Part shown: one piece after another, positions 50,781 to 62,579 of the stretch
Layout: every line of letters begins with the position of its first letter
How positions within the stretch are numbered: the stretch's first letter is position 1
Source of the DNA: Cetorhinus maximus
Taxonomy: Eukaryota
Length of the DNA: 64,000 nt
Reading direction: 5' to 3'
Assembly: GCF_964194155.1 (NCBI RefSeq)
Contig: NC_135894.1
Span: forward strand, 56,172,001-56,236,000
Translations under genes and position numbers: made by a program
The notes under the pieces: model-generated
Databases searched by the model: none
Told to the model about the DNA's origin: nothing
What the model saw: the letters and a program-made list of their open reading frames with translations, nothing else

Positions 50781-53410
50781 ATAGAGTCATAGAGGTCTAC
50801 AGCACAGAAAAAGGCTCTTCGGCCCATTGCATCTGCGCCGGTCAAACAAGTACCTAACTATTCTAATCCCATTTTCCAGCACTAGACTATAGCCTTGTAT
50901 GCCATGGCATCGCAAGTGCACATCCAAATACTACTTAAATGTTATGAGGGTTTCTACCTCTACCACCCTTTCAGGCAGTGAGTTCCAGATTCTCGCCACC
51001 CTCTCAGTGAAAAAATTCTTCCTCACATCCCCTCTAAACCTCCTGCCCCTTACCTTAAATCTATGCCCCCTGGTTATTGATCCCTACACCAAGGGGAAAA
51101 ATTCCTTCCTGTCTATCCTATCTATGCCCTTCATACTTTTATACACCTCAATCATGTCCCCCCTCAATCTCCTCTGCTCCAGGGAAAATAACCCCAGTCT
51201 ATCCAATCTCTCCTCATAACTAAAACTCTCCAGCCCAGGCAACATCCTGGTAAATGTCCCCTGCACTCTCTCTCTATTGCAATTTCACCCTTCTTATAAT
51301 GTGGTTTCCAGAATTGCATGCAATACTCTAGCTGTGGTCTAACCAGCGTTTTATACAGTTCCAGGATAATCTCCCTGCTCTTATATTCTTTGCCTCGGCT
51401 AGTAAAGGCAAGTATCCCATATGCCTTCTTAACCACCTTGTCTAGCTGTCCCGCTCACTTAAGGGACCGGTGGACATGCACACCAAGATCCCTCTGATCC
51501 TCGGTACTTCCCAGGGTCCTACCATTCATCGCGTATTCCCGTGCCTTGTTTGTCTTGCCCAAGTGCCTCACCTAACACTTATCCAGATTAAATTCCATTT
51601 GCCACTGATCAGCCCATCTAACTAGCCAGTCTATATCCTCCTGTAATCTAAGGCTATCCTCCTCACTATTTACCACGCCACCAATTTTCATGCCATGCGT
51701 GAACTTACTGATCAACTCTCCTACATTCAAGTCTAAATTATTTATATATACCACAAACAGCAAGGGACCCAACACCGATCCCTGTGGAACCCCACTGGAC
51801 ACAGGCATCCAGTCACAAAAGCACCCCTCGACCATCACCCTCTGCTTCCTGCCACTCAGCCAATTGTGGATCCAATTTGCCAAATTGCCTTGGATCCCAT
51901 GGGCTCTTGTCTTCATTATCAGTCTCCCATGCAGGACCTTATCAAAAGCCTTGCTGAAGTCCAAGTAGACTACGTCAAATGCATTGCCATCATCTACACA
52001 CCTGGTCACCTCTTCGAAAAATTCAATCAAATTGTTCAGACATGACCTCCCCTTAACAAAACCATGCTGACTGTCCTTGATTAATTCATGCCTCTCCAAG
52101 TGTAGATTAATTCTGTCCCTCAGAATTGCTTCCAATAGTTTCCCCACCACTAAAGTTAGACTGACTGGCATCTAGTTCTCTGGTTTATCCCTTCCTCCCT
52201 TCTTGAATAACGGTACCACACTGGCTGTCCTCCAGTCCTCCGGCACTTATCCTGTGGCCAGAGAGGTATTGAAAATTATTGCCAGCAATCCTGCTATCTC
52301 CTCCCTTGCCTCACTCAACAGCCTGGGATACATTTCATCCGTGCCTGGAGATTTAACTACTTTTAAGCCTGCCAGACCACTTAGAAACTCCTCCCTTTCT
52401 ATGCTAATTTCTTTCATTATATCACAGTCCTTCTGCCTGATTTCCATACCCATGTCGTCCCTCTCACTTGTGAATGCCGACACAAAGTATTCGTTTAGAA
52501 CCCTACCTACATCTTCCGGCTCCACACACAAATTACCACTATGGTCCTTAATGGGCCCTACTCTTTCCCTAGTTATCCTCTTACTCTTAATGTATTTGTA
52601 AAATAACTTTGGATTTTCCTTTATTTTACCTGCCAATGTTTTTTCATGCCCCCTTTTTGCTCTCCTAATTTCCTTTTTAAGTTTCCCCCTACACATTCTA
52701 TACTCCTCTAGGGCTTCCACTGTTTTGAGCCCTCGGTATCTGCCATAAGCCTCCCTTTTTCTCGTTATCCAATCCTGTATATACGTTGACATCCAGGGTT
52801 TCTTGGATTTGTTGGTGCCACCCTTTATCTTTACTGGAATATGTTGGCCCTGTACTCTCTCTATTTCCTTCTTGAATGAGTCCCACTGCTCTGACGCAGA
52901 TTTACCTAAAAGTAGCTGCTCCCAGTCCACTCTGGCCAAATCATATCTGATCTTATTAAAATTGACCTTCTCCCAATTTAGAACTCTGATTTCTGGCCCA
53001 TCCTTTTCCTTTTCCATAACAGCCTTGAATCTAGTGGAGTTATGATCACTATCTGCAAAATACTCTACCACTTGCCCAGCTTCATTCCCTAAAATTAAGT
53101 CCAGGACCACCCCCTGTCTTGTAGACCTTCTACGTACTGGTTTAAAAAGCTCTCCTGGATGCATTTTAAGAATTCCGCTCCCTCTAAACCTATCACACTA
53201 TGGCTTGTGGGGAAGTTGAAATCCCCCACTATTGCTACTCTATTATTTTTACACATCTCTGAAATATGCCTACAAACCTGTTCTTCTATTTTTCTCTGAC
53301 TGTTTGGGGGCCTATAGTACACTCCCAGAAATGTGATTGCTCCTTTTTTGTTTTTACGTTCTACCCATGTGGCTTCATTTGAGAAGTCTTCTAAGATGTC
53401 ATCCCTCCTT
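50781..53410 (-). mobile_element. 5'-truncated CR1 LINE (same subfamily as copies A and B)
   Basis: ORF2 fragments 53490-51084 with QHGF, DFSKAFD, VPQGSVLGP and RPQLEY; (CTCTATGA) tail. Confidence 0.95.
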
Positions 53411-54100
53411 AAGTTCTGCCCAACAACAAGCCTATGTGACTTGGTTACTATAGGGAACAGAGGCCCTGGTGAAATGTTATTGACTTGCATGTGCCAGATT
53501 TAACACCTGAAAACAAAGGCAGAAGCAGATGTAATTGTAATTGCAGACTTTCTCTCCATCTCTTCAAAGTCTTTGAGACAGAGAGAGAGAGAGCGAGAGA
53601 ACAGCAGTTGTTACAGTCTGCAGAAAGAAAAGGCTGCTTTTCCTGTTAGCTACCAGACAGAAAACTGGGGAAAACTGGTCGAAGAGAAGGAACCTACAGT
53701 GATTTGAGGATACCGGAAGATCTGCCCTGGTGAGACCTTACTGCTGAAAGCTGTTTCAGAAATTCTCAGGAGACTGAGGGAAAGGGCCTTCGATGGTCCC
53801 GAAACGTTACAACTTGATGAAATGGGGAGATGTTAACCTCTTGGAGGCTGGGTGGATTTTAGGCTGTTCCATGAAAAGACTGAAACTCTGTGGAAATTGT
53901 GCTGTACAGTATATATGCAGCATGTAGTTATTGGTCACATTTAGATAATAAGGGTTGTCCTTTCTGTAGTTTAGAGTATTAGTTGCCTACTAAGTTGATT
54001 TTGGTTTGTCTGTTACAGTATAAATTTTAAAACTTGAACTCTCGTCATGCAATTGCTTTAAGTTGTCGCTGGGAATTCAAACCAATTGTTGATCGTAGCA
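53411..54100 (+). mobile_element. Probable partial solo LTR
   Basis: Abrupt junction with the CR1, a (GA)n tract, LTR-like composition, and an end ..GATCGTAGCA. No partner LTR is visible. Confidence 0.35.
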
Positions 54101-55139
54101 TGGCTACTGACTGAAATGCTTCTGCTGCTATGTTTATAATCTAGAAAGTATAGGTAGGTCGAGAAGCAGATAAGGTCATTAGGGCCACTGAGACAATATC
54201 CACTGTGGACCATATACAATTTGGCCTATGGAGTCTGCCAAATACACTCAATTTCCTCAGAGCTGCAAGTAACTTTACCCATATCTCCAAGAGAGCAAAG
54301 ATGTGTGAAATCATTCAAGGCCTTCAAAGGTGTTCAAGCAGAAGTCCAGAACATCATTTGACCTTACAGTCCACACTGATCAAGTATGACTGGTTGCATT
54401 CTATTGATGATTCATCCATGGTCCCACTAATTTAAGAGATCATATTCGTACAAAGTTTGATCATCGATATGTATTTTATACTGTATACTGTATAACCTTC
54501 AGCCCTTTCTTTATCAAATCTTTTACTCCTTGTTCTTACAGGAATTTAATCAGCCTAACTTGTTTTTTATTGCTAAAAGTCTTGCTGCTCTACTTATAAA
54601 GTGTCAGAAAATATCATGAATTCTTTGGTCTGGCTTCAGGCTTTTACATTTTCTCCTTATTTCTCTAGTCAGTTTAGATAATTAGTTTACTTTTATATCT
54701 GTAGCTGGATCATGTCCCCTTTCACTAAAAATTATGTTTATTATTGCATCAAATGCAATTTTTGCAATGTGTGTAGGTTATAAGTGCTTTTCCAGTGTAT
54801 TGTAATGCTGTTTAAAAAGAGCAATCTCCATACGTCATTCTCTCCTTGCTTTTCAGTCAGGTGTCAGTCATGTTGGCCTCTCTGCATTTACTTCGGAGCA
54901 ACTTCAGTATTTAACTTTAACACCAACTTTCTTGATTCAGTTTTTAATTCCACATAAGTTTGATTGTTTATGTTGTAGCTGAGGAAGGAAGAATAGATTA
55001 TCTACCATTAGCCTTAACAGAGCAGAACTATTCACCTAGAATATGAATGAATGCATGTCTGTACTGTAATGCATATATAAAATACCTGAATCTTTCTCTC
55101 GTTTATATGTGTTTGTATTTCCATATTAAATCCACATTT

Positions 55140-55575
55140 TGTTTTATACATTGGTGGGATGTGAGCATCGCTGGCAAGACCAGCATTTATTGCCCATACC
55201 TAATTGCCCATGAGAAAGAGAGGGTCAGCTGCTTTCTTGAAGTGGTATAGGTACCTTGTGGTATAGGTACACCCACAATGCCATTAGAGAGAGAGTTCCA
55301 GGATTTTGACCCAGTAACCGTGAAGGAACAGCACTATATTTCCATGTCAGGATGGTGTGTGACTTGGAGGGGAACTTGCAGGTGGTGGTGTTCCCATATG
55401 CCTATTACCCTTGTTTTTCTATGTGGAAGAGGTGACGGGTTTAGAAGGTGCTGTCGAAGGAGCATTGACAAGTTCTTGCAGTGCATCTAGTAAATGGTAC
55501 ATACTGCTGCCACTATGCATTAGTGGTGGAGAGAATAAATGTTTAAGGTGGTGGGTGGGATGCTGATTAAGCAGA
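55140..55575 (-). mobile_element. LINE 3' fragment (same family as 1900-2572)
   Basis: GAGTTCCAGGATTTTGACCCAG..GGAGGGGAACTTGCAGGTGGTGGTGTTCCCA is shared with about 2050-2160. Confidence 0.85.
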
Positions 55576-55576
55576 G

Positions 55577-56128
55577 ATAAAAACAAAAAACTGCGGATGC
55601 TGGAAATCCAAAACAAAAACAGAATTACCTGGAAAAACTCAGCAGGTCTGGCAGCATCGGCGGAGAAGAAAAGAGTTGACGTTTCGAGTCCTCATGACCC
55701 TTCAACAGAACTGAGTAATATTAGGAGAGGGGTGAAATATAAGCTGGTTTAAGGGGAGGGGGAGGGGGAAAGAAGGGGGGGTGGTGTGGTTGTAGGGACA
55801 AAGCAAGCAGTGATAGAAGCAGATAATCAAAAGATGTCACAGACAAAAGAACAAAGAGGTGTTGAAGGTGGTGATATTATCTAAACGAATGTGCAAATTA
55901 AGAATGGATGGCAGAACACTCAAGGTACAGCTCTAGTGGGGGTGGGGTGGAAAGACTAACAGGGCATAAAAGGTATAGATTTAAAAATAATGGAAATAGG
56001 TGGGAAAAGAAAAATCTATATAAATTATTGGAAAAAACAAAAGGAAGGGGGAATCCCCCCACCCCCCCGCCACCTTAAACCAGCTTATATTTCACCCCTC
56101 TCCTAATATTACTCAGTTCTGTTGAAGG
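55577..56128 (-). mobile_element. Penelope-like element terminal region with an inverted duplication
   Basis: AAAACTGCGGATGCTGGAAATCC..CTCAGCAGGTCTGGCAGCATC. The segment 55700-55755 is repeated inverted at about 56073-56127. Confidence 0.8.
55673..55713 (-). ncRNA. Minimal type I hammerhead ribozyme-like motif
   Basis: Minus strand: AGUU-CUGUUGA-A-GGGUC-AUGAG-GACUC-GAAAC-GUC-AACU. Stem I is AGUU/AACU and stem II is GGGUC/GACUC. The core is the variant CUGUUGA. Confidence 0.65.
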
Positions 56129-56139
56129 CTAATTGAAGG

Positions 56140-56265
56140 CAATCAAATGGAGTTCTGGGAAAGATGGGCATGGATTTGAGAAATGTCAATACTTTCAAGG
56201 TCTTTGGAAAGGAAAGGCGAGTTGGAGATTGGACGGTAGTTTGCAAGGATAGACAGGTCAAGGGA
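56140..56265 (-). mobile_element. Old L2-like fragment
   Basis: The minus strand reads LDLSILANYRPISNSPFLSKDLESI (RT N-terminal motif). Confidence 0.6.
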
Positions 56266-57356
56266 TTTCATTATTTATGATTGGCCATAATTGTTCTATA
56301 TTCTTAAATCAATATCCCCAGCTGGTAGCAGTATTTCAGAATTTCTGGGCTCCAGCATGTCCAAATTAGTCCTGGTTGAAACACTGCTGTTTACTTTAGA
56401 TCCACTTTGGTACATATATTTACACTTCACCACATGCACATTATGGCACATACAACACCAAAGCTTATTCTTAGTTGTTTCACTGCAGGTAAGAAAATGT
56501 AAGATTCTCATAATGAAATTTCTTGATTGAATGAAATTGTGGCGTACTCCCCTCTAAAATAAAACATATTCGTTCAATAAATTGAATTATGTAGTGGTTG
56601 GAAGTTGAAATATCTAATAGTTTATTGCAATATTACTGTTTCAGTTTTGCATTCCATAATTATGATAGCATGTGGATAGCTACTAGATTAATAATCCAGA
56701 GGTCAGAACTAATGCTCCAGGAACGTGAGTTCAAATCCCATTACAACAGTTGAGGAATTTAAGTTCATTAATTAAGTAACGTCTGGAGCTAGTATCAGTA
56801 ATGGTGACCATGAAGCTATTGGATTGTTTGAAAAACCCACCTGGTTCACTCCTGTCCTTTTGGAAAGGAAATCTGCCATCCATACTCAATCTGGCCTAAC
56901 TGTAACTCCAGACCTAGAGAAAGATGTTTTACACTTAACTGCCCTCAGAGATGGCCTTTCAAGCCACCCAGTTGTGTTCAAAAAGGTGCCTCACTACTGC
57001 CTTCCCACGGAATTTTTTTACATTCTTCTGTTCGATATACACGTACCAATTAAATGACAAGGATTGATAAAACAATAATGTGGGCTCTTTATCTGAAAAT
57101 AAGACTGTATACATGCACTGTTAAATGGGAGCTGGTATATGCACATCTCACTTCTACTCCCGCTGTTGTATACTGAGTACAGAGACGTGGGACAACTACA
57201 TCAATCCTGTCTCGATGGTAGTGATTGACAGCAGTTTAAGATACATTCCCTTAATGGTACATGTACATCATATCACAACATCTCCCTTTTCTCTAAGCTA
57301 ATGGTTTACCTTTAAAGAATGAAACTATTTACATGACAGCAAAAGAAAATAACATT

Positions 57357-57480
57357 GGCCAGAATTTTCTAGCCCCTGATCCTACGGGATCTTCTGGTCC
57401 TGCCGTGGTGAGCAGAGATTTCAATGGCTTGCTGGCCCTGCAATGGGGAACCCATCGTGGGGGGCTGGAAAAATCCGGCC
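57357..57480. mobile_element. Short Harbinger-like MITE inside the Gypsy element
   Basis: GGCCAGAATTTTCTAGCCCC...GGGGCTGGAAAAATCCGGCC with TSD ATT. Confidence 0.8.
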
Positions 57481-59427
57481 ATTGTGCCTGAATATATCTG
57501 AATACAGAACAATAAATTTACAAATCTCTGAAATGTATCGGTGGTTGCTTATCTGTCCGGACTTAGTTACAATGACCTTAGTTGGAGGCTGCCACACAGT
57601 TTCAGAATGCTGGTAGGCGTGCTTTGTTTGTATTGTGTCTTGCTCGCAGTAGGATTGCTCGGTGTTTCCGGTTGTAGTATGGTTCTGATTTGGCATCTGG
57701 TTTCATCACACTATCATGCTATTTGGTGTTCATAAGTGAAATGATCTAGGTTCTGGGTGTTTGCTGACAATCTCTGCTGGATTCCACATGCTATCAGTTG
57801 AGTGATGTACTCGAATATTTTGACCGACATTCAGGTTGGATAATTTGACACCTGGTTGTAGGCATCATTCATCTTCCCCTGTTTTTCAATTAACACATCT
57901 TGTACTTCTGAGAGCATAGGCAAATGGTGACTAGGGAGGGTTGTCCGCACTTGTCTGTCAATAGTAATTCTGCATTGGTTCCACAGTATGATGAAGTTTT
58001 CAAGTTTGGAACGGGTATACATATTTGTTTTAGACTGTGCCATGTAGTCTGATGGCTGATGTTCTGCATTGAGGAGTTAGATGGTCTTCTCCCAGTGTAA
58101 GCATGGGGTTTCTAATGGTGCTGCTTGTGATCTGTAGTTCTCATCATTGTCTTGATGATACCGTGGATGGTGACCAAAGAGAGGTCTCTGCACTCCGGTA
58201 GGCTTGTGATCACTGGTCCTATGGTGACCACAATATAAAATATATGGAGTGACCAGGGTGAGCTGGTGTAGCAACATTGGAATGTAATAGGTTCCAGTGT
58301 ACAATTGCCAAGGCGTTGTACATGGTGAGTTTGGCAGTGGTTGGCTGAATAATCACTTGCCACTTCTGTAGATACATACATTTCAGTGTGTGAAGTGGAA
58401 GGGTGTTTGTATCTGTACCAGTATTCAGTTTGGCATACAATTTGTGGTGTCCATGCATCTCTGGACATATAATCTGGACATTGGCAAAGGCTTAATTTGG
58501 TACCACAGTGCCAATATGTTCTTTGATGTTCACCTTGCTGAATGTCTGCTCACTTTGTGTATTAATGGCCTGGTTATCCTTATCTGACTGTGTAGCTTGG
58601 CTAGGCATTTCATAGATCTTATTTGGATGATGTCTGTTATGTGCTCTTGGTTGATTGGAATGCTGTCCCTGTGTAGCCTCTGGTTGTGGTTTTTCGTGAT
58701 GTTGGACCACTTGTTTTGGCCTTTGCTTTCTGCATTGGTGCTTCCAGCGTCTTCTGATGCCATACATCATTAAAGGCTGGGCAATTTCTGGCTACATGTA
58801 TGAGGCCATATCGCTCACATTGCTTAATAGGCTTGCATGTATTGGCTGTCATGCCAATGTTGGACGAATTATGCATAGACTGCAGACTCTGTCCACCTAG
58901 CAGCAAGGCTTCATACTTGCGTACACTTTGCGGTAGTGTTTCCACGCTTTAGGCATAGGGTTTGTCCAAGAGGTCTTTTTGGAATCCTTCCATTGGGGTA
59001 GATGCTATCACAAACTCCATTATCCTGTCAGTTATCTCTGTTGCCATATAGTTACAATCACACCCCTTGTCTCTGCATCTACTTATGAATTGGTCAATGA
59101 TCTCGGTCGGTTGTTGCCTAAAAGACATAATTCCAGACAGCATTTGATCTTTGAGCGTTGACCATATTTTATCTGGAATTTCAAGGTCATTCTCTGACAG
59201 GCCTGAAGTGTTAAGTCTATGGGAGCCTCCATTACCTATAGCAATTTTAATCCTAATTGATTACTTATCTGGTTCAGAAGTATTAAGGTCCAGAAAAACG
59301 GAGCTCCATGCATTGTCAGGACAAACTAAACTCAGTTAGGAGATCCACTACCTTCCAATTGGAAATTTTGTGGTAAACCTGTGACTTTTTGCACAATTAC
59401 TAGGACCTTGTCTGGAACAGGAACAAC

Positions 59428-59526
59428 GAGCGGAATTTTACACTGGCAGAATTTTACCATCCCACTGAAGTCAATGGACTTTTGAATGGCCCCGCCCCCA
59501 CCACGACAGGTCCTAAAATTCCGCCC
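59428..59526. mobile_element. Short Harbinger-like MITE inside the Gypsy element
   Basis: GAGCGGAATTTTA...TAAAATTCCGCCC with TSD AAC; same family as 1385-1511. Confidence 0.8.
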
Positions 59527-60136
59527 AACTATTCAGGCTTTGCTTGGTTCTCTGAGTTGCAACACTTTCAGTGGCTACAGTCTTAGCTAGTCATCGGTTA
59601 TTGCTTGGCTGCAATGGTGGCACTGTTAAGCTGTTTCTGCTTTCCCAGGCTTATTGAAGCTTCTCTCATAAAACAGTGATTTTGACCCCAAAATGGCCCG
59701 TAGACTTCAAGAGAAAGATTTAACAGAGAAAAAAGACTGTTGCAGCCACCTTCTAGCTGCTAGGGGCTGTTGGGGGCTAGTCACTGGATGGACTCTTCTT
59801 CCCAAGCCCAGTCTCCAGTGTTTAATCCCCCCCTGAACTCTCAAAGGCACAGCAAGCAGCAGGACTGCAGGAATTCCCGTCTCTCTGGAATTCTATTTAA
59901 AGTTAGAACCTTTGGAGCCAGTGTTTCTGCACAAACTTCACAGCAGGTAGACTTATACTAATTAAGCTCTCACAAATGCAAATAATCTTAACGGGGCCTG
60001 GTGCCTGCTGGCTGGAGTGAGGTGTGATGTCCTAGAATGAAGGTACAGTGTGTAGGATCCCTTCAGTGCTGCAGAATCACTTACACATGACGAGTTCGTA
60101 CTTGATGGTTGTTTTACTTCTATGCCAGTTCTTACA

Positions 60137-60760
60137 CAGAAACATAGAAACTAGAAGCAGGAGTAGGCCATTCAGCCCTTTGAGCCTGCTCTGCCATTCA
60201 TTATGATCATGGCTGATCATCCAACTCAATAGCCTGCTCCCGCTTTCTCCCCATATCCTTTGATCCCTTTCACCCCAAGAGTTATATCTAACTCCTTCTT
60301 GAAAACATACAATGTTTTGATCTCAACTACTTTCTCTGGTAATGAATTCCACAGGCTCACCACTCTCTGGGTGAAGAAATTTCTCCTCATCTCAGTCCTA
60401 AATGGTCTACTCCATATCCTCAGACTGTGGGGTATGACTGGTTCTGGACTCCCCCACCATCGGGAACATCCTTCCTGCATCAACCCTGTCTAGCCCTGTT
60501 AGAATTTTATAGGTTTCTATGAGATCCCCCTTCATTCTTCTGAACTCCAGCGAATATAATCCTAATCGACTCAATCTCTCCTCATATGTCAGTCCTACCA
60601 TCCCTGGAATCAGTCGGGTAAACCTTCACTGCACTCCCTCTATAGCAAGAACATCCTTCCTCAGATAAAGAGACCAAAACTGCAACAATATCCCAGGTGT
60701 GGCCTCACCAAGGCCCTGTACAATTGCAGCAAGACATCCCTGTTCCTGTACTCGATTCCT
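60137..60760 (-). mobile_element. CR1 3' fragment inside the Gypsy element
   Basis: YEERLSRLGLYSLEFRRMKGDLIETYKIL..WNSLP; very similar to 17500-18225. Confidence 0.92.
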
Positions 60761-62579
60761 TTACTGCGTAGAGTTGAGGCTTCTCAATTATATCTTCAAA
60801 GACCATGTTGCCATTATATTACATATTTTTCTATTCAACGTACATGTACCAATCATATGACAAGGATTGGTAAAACAATAATGTAGGTTCTTTATTAGAA
60901 GATAAGACTATACACATACAATGTTAACTGGGAGGCGGTGTATGCACATCCGACTTCTACTTCTGCTGCAGTATACTGAGTACAGAGTCATGGCACTGCT
61001 ACATCACATCCTCTCTCGGTGGTAGTGATTGGCTGAAGTTTAAGATACATGCTCTTAAAGGTACATGTGCATCATGTCATCAAAGGATTGGCGATAAATA
61101 CTGGTCTTTCCAGCGATTCCCACAAGAATGAACAAGAAAGAAAACATGGTCAGATCAGGCTGCTGCATGTAAAGAAAATGTAATTTTGTAGTACCTGATG
61201 TTATCCTTCAGGTCAAATGTCATATTCAGTAGCAATACCCTTCAAACTTCATTAAATCACTCCAGCCAACAGAATGGACCTGGGTGAATGTTAAAATTGT
61301 TCAAATTTGTGAAACTAGTTATGATATAAAATTAAAGGCTGCTAATTATTATTGGCATTTAAACAGAAGCCACAAAGTACTTAAGCTCAACCTTCACTTA
61401 TAATGCTAATAGAATTCTTCAATTGAATTACAGCCTCTTAACTCTTCATTTACTCTGGGGAGTAAACAGCATAAGTAGAATGCCTGTTATTTCTCACGGT
61501 ATGACAATTGTCTATCAGCTATTTTATATTGTGTAAAATAACAAACAGAGGAGCATCATATGAATGCATTTAGCATTGTCACTATAAAGTACAGGGTCAT
61601 TTGAGACCTCATGGACTGGTCATCTCTGACCTTTTGTGAGTTTGTCCCAGGCCCAGTTAGGGGTCTCATGCTCAGGATTACGAGCCCTGGCCAACAGCAG
61701 AACCAACAAATTTTTAGTAGTGATGCGGAAGCGCTGAAACTTCAATGGACGATGGGTGCTTACAGGTGGAGAATACTCAGGAAGAGGACTCCTGTTTCCT
61801 TTAACATGAGGGAGGAAACAGGACACCGCCAAATGGATTCTTTTCCCTAGTCATATTGCTAGTTTCCCACTGAAATTGAAAACTAGTCACTAAAGTGGAA
61901 AGCGCACGACCGTGAGGTGTGGAGAAATGAGCAGAGGAGCTCATTTAGGAAGATCACTACTATTATTATCAACAATAGTATTTTTTACTCTTATATTTGT
62001 AGAGGTCATGGGCAAAGCTTTAAATATAAGATTTCCAGCATTTGTTATCAATCATACAGAATATTTTCATAAAAATACCAGTTTCCCTCTAGTGGTTGAT
62101 GGTGCTATATAACAGACTGAATAGAGTTGTGTTTCTGATTGCCCAAATAGTTTGGTCCTAATCTTAAATGTGTTGTCAAGAGAGTGGCATTTCCCTCTGA
62201 ATAGAAAGAGATAGAGGGAACTTCTTTGCTACTCTTATACAAGTATACTTGATAAGTTTAACGAAGTCACTGTCAGAAAGATTGCCTGCCTACCTTATCG
62301 ACTAATGGAAACCTGACAAGGTATGTAAAATGCAGCGCAAAAAATAAATGGAAAAATGAACGAGAAAAGGTTTCATTCCATAGAGTTTGTTCAATCATTC
62401 TGCTCTCCAAACATTAAGCATCAACAAAAGGAGTACAGATTGGAGATGGGGCTTCAAGACTGTAACTATGTTTCTCTGACCCATGCTCCTGTTGATTGAG
62501 GCTTGTTCCTGACAATGCAAAATTTATCCTTTTAGTCAACATTATTCCTTGTGTTATGATAAGGCTGTTCCTGATCACT

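Larger units (their letters stand above)
57012..61082 (-). mobile_element. Decayed, internally deleted Gypsy-type LTR retrotransposon
   Basis: Direct LTRs at about 57012-57280 and 60806-61082 (TG..CA). PBS-like TGG follows the 5' LTR and the PPT AAAAGGGAGA precedes the 3' LTR. Gag remnants FRQQPTEIIDQFISRCR and CERYGLIH..CPA; protease-like AKLNTGTDTNTLP. No RT or integrase seen. Confidence 0.85.
56670..61140 (+). mobile_element. SINE split by the Gypsy insertion (56670-57010 plus 61083-61140)
   Basis: The head GAGTTCAAATCCCA and body CTGGTTCACT..GGAAAGGAAATCTGCC lie before the LTR. The tail AAGGATTGGCGATAAATACTGG..AGAATGAACAAGAAAG resumes right after the other LTR. Confidence 0.75.

Noticed and set aside
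56400-56495. Plus-strand exon candidate ending CAG|GTAAGA
   Set aside because: The donor is good, but no frame gives a recognisable peptide. Such sites arise by chance in 64 kb.
61611-61850. 79-aa ORF with a short hairpin TCCTGTTTCCT..AGGAAACAGGA
   Set aside because: No recognisable domain or convincing splice pair; likely an old repeat remnant.
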